Below, in pieces: positions 58,313-64,000 of a stretch of DNA of 64,000 nucleotides. Where the stretch lies: NCBI GenBank assembly GCA_022707885.1, contig JAKIZT010000001.1:2990-66989 (forward strand), read 5' to 3'. The stretch is from Caldisericales bacterium. GTDB taxonomy: Bacteria > Caldisericota > Caldisericia > JAAYUI01. Every line of letters starts with the position of its first letter. The stretch's first letter is position 1. Both the position numbers and the translations under genes were made by a program. Under the pieces are notes generated by a model. That model saw only the letters and a list, made by a program, of their open reading frames with translations, ran no database searches and was not told where the DNA came from.

Positions 58313-60880
58313 CTAGTTTATCCCCACATCAAGAGCTTTTTTGAGATAGAAACCATTTGGGCCCCTTATCTCAAAAATGAGCTTTTTTGTTTTGTCTGTG
58401 TCATCCGGAGATACTGCAAAAGTGGTAATAAGTGGAGAATTGAATTCAATTTTTTGGCCTGTATCAGAGTCGAGATCACCTTCTTGCCATCTTTTCACCC
58501 TCATGTCGCCAAAATAAACGTCCACTTCGTTGAACTTCCCAAGAACATCCTGGGGTATCACAACATCCAGATTATAAATGCCACCCTTGGAAAACGAGTA
58601 GGGTTCCTGGAGCAATTGCCCTGACTGGTCAGAGATCGTAAAATTAATCAATGCCGGGCAATCAGATTTTGCCGGGAGTTTTTCGTAAACATCTTTTGAA
58701 AGGAGAACTTCTTTTGTCACACACCAGGAATTTCCTGGTTTATAGTAATATTTTTTCCCGTCAATAACTTCTTCGACGACATTGTATGGGAAAACACCCT
58801 GTTTGTGGTATTGGCATGGAGTGTCCGGTGTGGTTCCGGCAAAGAAATATTCGCTGTCTATCTGGTCCTTTGGGCAGAAACCGTTGATCAGCTCTCCGGA
58901 TGTCTTGCAGAAAAGACTTCCCGTCATGCCCTTTGGAGCAGGTAGGAACGGGGTTTTTGGCAACGGATGTTTCTTGTCAGTGAGACAGGCGTTTACAAAA
59001 TCTCTTGCCATTGGAGCTGCCATTGAAGAACCCCAGATGATTGTGTTGACAGCACTCATGACCTTCTTCGAATCTTTTCCAACATAGCAGGTGACAGTTA
59101 TTTCTGGTGTGAAGCAGCAATACCAGGCATTGAGTGATCCAGTAGAAGTACCCGTTTTTCCAGCTGCCGGCGTCTTTATTGTTGAACCGAGAATCGAATG
59201 AAGGACATCCTGAAAAATGTTTCCAAGTGTCCAGGCTGTTTCCTCAGAAAGCACCCTGAAGCCTGTACCCTGATAGCGCTCGATTATTATCCCATCCCTG
59301 TTTTGCACTTCCAGTATGGCAACCGGATCATGACGAATTCCACCCGAAGCGAGGGAGGCATAGGCAGTGCACATGTCAACCGGCCTGACTTCAACAGAAC
59401 CGACAGTAATTGATGGGTATGGCATTATTGGGGTCTTGAGGCCCATTTTGGCTGCATAGTAAGCGACCCTGTCTAGTCCAACCCTAAGACCAGCTCTCAA
59501 TGCACAGACATTCGAAGAGGTCAAAAGTGCTCCTCTTACAGTATAAAGCTTGTTGGTGACACTGTGGCTCCACTCTCCTGGGTTCCATCCATTCACGTTG
59601 AAGTTGTAATCTGACTTGAGGATAGAAGCAGGAGTAACGGATTTGTTCTCAAGTGCGGCCGAGTAGTCAAAAATCTTGAATGACGAACCGGGGTGTCTTT
59701 CTGCTGTTGTGCGGTTCCACTTAGTATTTTTGTAGTCCCTGCCGCCAACCATCGCAAGAATATAGCCATTGCGAGGGTTCATTGCCACAAAACATGCCTG
59801 TGGCTGCTTTACACCAAATTCGTCAAAAACCTTTGAGGAGAATTCGCCACTTTTTTCAGCCTTTGCGAATACATTTCTCATGGCGTTCTCGGCATATTTT
59901 TGGTATGTCCTGATAAGCGTTGTCTTGATCCTGAGGCCACCCTCTTTCAGGTCTTTTGGATCATAGCGCTTCTCCATCTCGGCTTTGACATAGTCGATGA
60001 AGTAGTTTACGGAATCGTTGTCCCCCACTTCCCTAAAGGACTTTCTCTGGTATGGCACCTCAAAATATTTTTTTGATTCATCCTCAGTTATTACCCCGTT
60101 TACAACAAGTTTTCGCAAAACGTTTTTCTGGCGCTCTTTCGTGCCAGCAAGATTGATTATGGGGTTGTCAACCGAAGGGGCAGGAAGGATCGCCACGAGA
60201 AGGGAACTTTCTGCATAGTTGAGGTCTTTTGCGTGCTTGCCGAAATAGTTTCTCGCCGCAGATTCCACGCCATAGGAACCAAACCCGAAGAATATCTGGT
60301 TCACATAGGCTTCCAGAATCTCTTCTTTTGTGTAGCGCTGTTCAAGTTTGAACGCCAGTATTATTTCTTTGATCTTTCTTGTGACAGAAGTTTCTTTGCT
60401 ATCTATAAAAAGCTCCGAACGGGCGACCTGTTGGGTCAGTGTAGAACCACCCTGGCTCATGGAACCCGTCTTTATGTTGACAAAAAACGCCCTGAAGATT
60501 GAACGGAGGTCAAAACCCTTGTGCTGGTAAAACCTTTCATCCTCAGAGGTCACTATGGTATTGAGAAAATCCTTTGAAACTTCACTTATTTTTACAGGTA
60601 TCCTGTCTTCAAAAAAGACCGAACCTATCAGCTGGTTGTCGTAATCAAATATCTGGGACGCCACCGGTGGTCTCTTCTGTTCATCAAGATTTGGCAAGGT
60701 CGCTACAACATCCGACCCGATCCTGTATATGAAAAGAGCAAGGGCGATGACCACTACAAAACCAACGGCAAGGCCGAACCTCAAAACAGTCCAGAAAAGC
60801 CTATTTGCTTTTTTTAGTTTTTGGCTTTGAAACTTTGGATGCGCCTTTTGCTGTCCTTCCTGTTGCATTGTCAAATTCAA
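58313..60880 (-). CDS. Class A penicillin-binding protein (second copy) with C-terminal extension
   Basis: GT51 motifs (EDERFYQHKGFD; GGSTLTQQVAR) and a transpeptidase motif (GSSFK) are present. The C-terminal part carries CKTSGELINGFCP-type Cys motifs and a ~250-aa beta-rich extension. The start may be M at 60868. Confidence 0.85.
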   Translation of the reverse strand: MNLTMQQEGQQKAHPKFQSQKLKKANRLFWTVLRFGLAVGFVVVIALALFIYRIGSDVVATLPNLDEQKRPPVASQIFDYDNQLIGSVFFEDRIPVKISEVSKDFLNTIVTSEDERFYQHKGFDLRSIFRAFFVNIKTGSMSQGGSTLTQQVARSELFIDSKETSVTRKIKEIILAFKLEQRYTKEEILEAYVNQIFFGFGSYGVESAARNYFGKHAKDLNYAESSLLVAILPAPSVDNPIINLAGTKERQKNVLRKLVVNGVITEDESKKYFEVPYQRKSFREVGDNDSVNYFIDYVKAEMEKRYDPKDLKEGGLRIKTTLIRTYQKYAENAMRNVFAKAEKSGEFSSKVFDEFGVKQPQACFVAMNPRNGYILAMVGGRDYKNTKWNRTTAERHPGSSFKIFDYSAALENKSVTPASILKSDYNFNVNGWNPGEWSHSVTNKLYTVRGALLTSSNVCALRAGLRVGLDRVAYYAAKMGLKTPIMPYPSITVGSVEVRPVDMCTAYASLASGGIRHDPVAILEVQNRDGIIIERYQGTGFRVLSEETAWTLGNIFQDVLHSILGSTIKTPAAGKTGTSTGSLNAWYCCFTPEITVTCYVGKDSKKVMSAVNTIIWGSSMAAPMARDFVNACLTDKKHPLPKTPFLPAPKGMTGSLFCKTSGELINGFCPKDQIDSEYFFAGTTPDTPCQYHKQGVFPYNVVEEVIDGKKYYYKPGNSWCVTKEVLLSKDVYEKLPAKSDCPALINFTISDQSGQLLQEPYSFSKGGIYNLDVVIPQDVLGKFNEVDVYFGDMRVKRWQEGDLDSDTGQKIEFNSPLITTFAVSPDDTDKTKKLIFEIRGPNGFYLKKALDVGIN

Positions 60881-63455
60881 ACCCTACCTTCCCGTCGTCT
60901 TTTAGGACCAGATACGCAGAAAATGGCCTGCCTTTGCGACTTATGAAGCCTGAAATCTTTTCTGTCTTGCCCTCTTCAAAAAGCCTGGCGGCCGTTTCGC
61001 GAGCTATGGTCTTACCTAAAATTACTTTACTAAGGGACATTTTGCAAGACTTGCCAAAGTTCTGGCAACGATATACCGAAGTCCCCTCGAGGATATCGGC
61101 CTTGCAGACCGGGCATTTTGCAACAGGGTCTTCAAGGAAAACTTCTTCTGTTTTTGTTTTTTCCTGTCCACCCTCGCCATGGCTTTTGGAGAATTCGAAG
61201 GTTATTTTTCCGTCATCACCAAGCAGAAGGGTGGCAGAGAATGGCCTGCCAGATTTTGATCTGAAACCAGAAAGCGGGCCCGCCTTTTTCTTTTCTATGA
61301 GTTCCTTTGCAATGTCCTCGGTAATGATTTTTCCGGCAATCGTTTTCCAGATTGCAAAATTACACCCGCTTTCATCATCTTCTTCCTTGGCTTTCGTTTT
61401 CTTTGCGCCTTTTTTGGTCTTTGTGGATTTGTAATTGGCACATCTGAAAGACATGAAAGAATCAACAACATCTTCTCCGCAGAGAGGGCAAGTTCCAATA
61501 GCTCTTGCCTCTCCGTTGCCGTCCTGGCTGGCAATTGGAGCATCAAGGCTCCTGTCTTTCACCTTGTTTACAAGCTGTTTTGTGAAATCCATAATTTCGT
61601 TAAGGAAATCTCCGGGACTCATCTCGCCCTTTTCAATACAGGCAAGCTTGTATTCCCAGTTTCCAGTCATTTCAGGTGAATAGAGTTCTGGCAGAGGGAA
61701 GCCAATCAGAAGATCGTACAGCGCTATTCCCTTTGTTGTTGGGACAAGATCCCTGCCAACACGCTCAATGTAGCCAACTTCCAGTATCCTTTCGATGATG
61801 GATGCCCTTGTGGCCGGAGTTCCCAGACCCTTTTCTTTCATGGCATCTCTGAGTTCCTCATCATCAATAAACTTGCCAGCTGTTTCCATTGCTCCAAGGA
61901 GGGTTGCTTCGTTGTATCTTGGCGGTGGTGTGGTCTGTTTTTCCTGCAATTCCTGCGCAACAGTGTCCACTGTTTCGCCTTCCGCAACCACCGGAAGAGA
62001 AGATTCTTCTTGCTCTTCCCTGCCATAGACAGCGTAAAAACCTTTTTCTTTCAAACTCTTGGCATCGGACTTGAAGTCAAGCCCGTCAACCTGGGTCACT
62101 CTGTGCACGACTTCCCAGACTGCATCCGGGTAAAACGCTGCAAGGAATTTTTTTACTATCAGATCATAAATTTTTACCTGTTCTGGAGTTAGAGATACTT
62201 CATCAAGCGATTTTTCTGTGGGGATTATTGCAAAGTGGTCAGAAATCTTTTTGTTGTCAAATATTCTCTTGTTTTTTGCGACCTTCTGGCCAACAAGCGG
62301 CAGGGCCACCTTGTCATATTTAGTGTGGGAAAGTATGCCAAAAATTCTCGGAACAACATCCGTGTAGTCCTCGGGGAGATGTTTGCTGTCGGACCTTGGG
62401 TAAGTGACCAGTTTTTTCTCTTCGTAAAGCTGCTGGGCAAGCTGCAAGGTTCTGGCGGCAGAAAAGGAAAACCTTCTGTTGGCCTCTCTCTGGAGTTCAT
62501 TGAGATCAAAAAGAAGTGGCGGACTCTGTCTCTGGAGCTTGTGGTCCTCAACAACAACTTTGCCTTCTTTTCCCTTGATCCTGTTAACTATCTCATCAGC
62601 AGCTTTCTTGTCACCAACGGATTCAACTGTGTCACCCTGGACGGCACCATCATTGGCCTTAAGGGCGGATGCTGCTATCTGGCCATATTTTTTTACTAGC
62701 GAGGCCAGAATCTCATCGGTTACTGGAGCGTTCTTTTCTTTTGAGATTTTTGGAACATCGATAAACCATTTCCCTCTATAAACACCAGATTTGGCTTCAA
62801 ATTCTGCGAAAATATCAAAGTATGTTCTTGGTACAAAGGCATTTATTTCTTTTTCCCTCGAGATGATTATCGAGAGAGTCGGTGTCTGTACCCTGCCAAT
62901 CGAGAGGAGGTTGCCAAGTCTTCTCGTAAAGGCTCTGGTTGCATTGATTCCAATGAGCCAGTCTGCCTCCGACCTGCATTTTGCCGACTCTCCAAGGTTG
63001 TCCAGCTCCTTTGATGGCCTGAGCCTTTCAAAACCATCAGCAATGGCCGATTTGGTCATGGACTGGAGCCAGAGTCTCTTTGTTGGAGCTTCAAGCCCAA
63101 GATACTCATAGATATACCTGAATATCAGCTCGCCTTCGCGGCCAGCATCGCAGGCATTTACAAGTGTTGATGATTTTTTTGCCAGCGAAGCTATCTTTTT
63201 CAGCCTGCTTTCAGATTTCGGGATTGGCTTGAGCTCGAATTTATTGGGGATTATCGGAAGGGACTGCAAGGTCCAGTACTTATAACCCTTGTCATAATCT
63301 TCAGGCTCCGCCAGTGTTACAAGGTGACCGACTGCCCATGTGATATAGGTGTCATCACTCTCGTAAAAATCCTCTTTTTTGTCGAAACCGCCTAGTGCAT
63401 GTGCTATATCGGCGGCAACTGATGGCTTCTCGGTCAATATCAATGTTTTTTCCAT
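60801..63455 (-). CDS. topA: DNA topoisomerase I with C-terminal zinc-ribbon repeats
   Basis: A Toprim N terminus ([19 protein letters not shown]), an active-site Tyr region and multiple C4 zinc ribbons (CPLCG...C; CPVCKADI...C) are present in an 884-aa protein. Confidence 0.9.
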   Translation of the reverse strand: MEKTLILTEKPSVAADIAHALGGFDKKEDFYESDDTYITWAVGHLVTLAEPEDYDKGYKYWTLQSLPIIPNKFELKPIPKSESRLKKIASLAKKSSTLVNACDAGREGELIFRYIYEYLGLEAPTKRLWLQSMTKSAIADGFERLRPSKELDNLGESAKCRSEADWLIGINATRAFTRRLGNLLSIGRVQTPTLSIIISREKEINAFVPRTYFDIFAEFEAKSGVYRGKWFIDVPKISKEKNAPVTDEILASLVKKYGQIAASALKANDGAVQGDTVESVGDKKAADEIVNRIKGKEGKVVVEDHKLQRQSPPLLFDLNELQREANRRFSFSAARTLQLAQQLYEEKKLVTYPRSDSKHLPEDYTDVVPRIFGILSHTKYDKVALPLVGQKVAKNKRIFDNKKISDHFAIIPTEKSLDEVSLTPEQVKIYDLIVKKFLAAFYPDAVWEVVHRVTQVDGLDFKSDAKSLKEKGFYAVYGREEQEESSLPVVAEGETVDTVAQELQEKQTTPPPRYNEATLLGAMETAGKFIDDEELRDAMKEKGLGTPATRASIIERILEVGYIERVGRDLVPTTKGIALYDLLIGFPLPELYSPEMTGNWEYKLACIEKGEMSPGDFLNEIMDFTKQLVNKVKDRSLDAPIASQDGNGEARAIGTCPLCGEDVVDSFMSFRCANYKSTKTKKGAKKTKAKEEDDESGCNFAIWKTIAGKIITEDIAKELIEKKKAGPLSGFRSKSGRPFSATLLLGDDGKITFEFSKSHGEGGQEKTKTEEVFLEDPVAKCPVCKADILEGTSVYRCQNFGKSCKMSLSKVILGKTIARETAARLFEEGKTEKISGFISRKGRPFSAYLVLKDDGKVGFEFDNATGRTAKGASKVSKPKTKKSK

Positions 63456-63554
63456 AGTTTACGTGCCGTGTATAGTTACGGGCTTCATGGCTGTCAAGGA
63501 AATGAGTGTCAAACCTTGAACAAATTGCGACTGGCAGTAAAATGGTTACTCGGT

Positions 63555-64000
63555 ATGAATAATATTCGCAATTTTTGCATAATAGCCCACATCGACCACG
63601 GCAAGTCGACACTGGCCGACAGGATACTGGAGCTGACTGATGTTGTCCACACAACAGGCAATGCCCAGATTTTGGACAGCATGGACCTTGAAAAGGAGAG
63701 AGGAATAACGATCAAAGCCTCTCCGGTCAGGATTCCATACAAGGCAAAAAACGGCCAGGAGTATATCCTGAACCTGATAGACACCCCAGGCCATGTGGAT
63801 TTTAACTATGAAGTTTCAAGGAGCCTGAAAGCTTGTGAGGGAGCACTTCTCCTCGTCGATGCTACACAGGGAGTTGAGGCCCAGACAATCGCCAACGCGT
63901 ACCTGGCAATGGATGCTGACCTTCACATAATCCCGGTCATAAACAAAATCGACCTCCCAAACGCAATGATCGACGAGTGCAAGATACAGATGGAAGACAT
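63555..64000 (+). CDS. lepA: Elongation factor 4 (LepA), N-terminal part; runs off the window
   Basis: ATG 63555 encodes [28 protein letters not shown]..., with a GTPase G1 motif and DTPGHVDF. There is no stop in the window, so it is absent from the ORF track. Confidence 0.85.
   Translation, partial: MNNIRNFCIIAHIDHGKSTLADRILELTDVVHTTGNAQILDSMDLEKERGITIKASPVRIPYKAKNGQEYILNLIDTPGHVDFNYEVSRSLKACEGALLLVDATQGVEAQTIANAYLAMDADLHIIPVINKIDLPNAMIDECKIQMED

Overview
The window is 64 kb of densely packed bacterial chromosome with roughly 50% GC and mostly housekeeping content. I found no tRNA or rRNA genes, CRISPR arrays, transposases or prophage genes. Reading left to right, the main blocks are:

1. 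**1..2149:** two tandem roadblock/LC7 (MglB-like) genes on the minus strand, divergent from an orphan radical SAM/SPASM enzyme on the plus strand.
2. **2067..15978:** a long translationally coupled plus-strand string: pheS, pheT, polX, mutS2, a DUF4388 protein, an MglA-like small GTPase, a TPR/CofE-like fusion protein, tldD, pmbA and alr.
3. **15975..18308:** a cell-surface Ig/stalk-domain protein whose signal peptide is cut off by an in-frame TGA.
4. **18305..24073:** an NTP-transferase, uppP, recG and an ABC-F ATPase.
5. **24342..34070:** an 11-gene nuoABCDHIJKLMN operon with no nuoEFG.
6. **34108..40591:** the F-type ATP synthase operon atpZ-atpI-atpBE-atpF/H fusion-atpAGDC, with a short epsilon subunit.
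7. **40588..47351:** a lipoprotein, a YfbR-like HD hydrolase, comM, fmt, a phosphoesterase, a secreted stalk-domain protein, and radA (convergent).
8. **47395..50070:** a cobalamin riboswitch upstream of btuFCD.
9. **50083..51935:** an FMN riboswitch upstream of a RibU-like ECF S-component, followed by a GCS2 carboxylate-amine ligase and a 52-aa membrane peptide.
10. **52093..52821:** psd.
11. **52682..64000:** on the minus strand, the Firmicutes-type cluster tmk-darA-holB-ricT, two tandem class A PBPs with unusual C-terminal extensions, and topA; a partial lepA starts on the plus strand.

Gene order and domain content (DarA/RicT cluster, copper amine oxidase N-terminal stalk domains, lipoprotein BtuF, 11-subunit complex I) suggest a Firmicutes-like (Clostridia-type) anaerobe. 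That assignment is inference only.

The most unusual items are:
- the MglA-like GTPase, DUF4388 and TPR/CofE-like module embedded in a housekeeping operon, with a roadblock pair about 9 kb away;
- the interrupted surface protein;
- the single b-delta ATP synthase fusion;
- the FMN-riboswitch-controlled ligase;
- the PBP C-terminal extensions.
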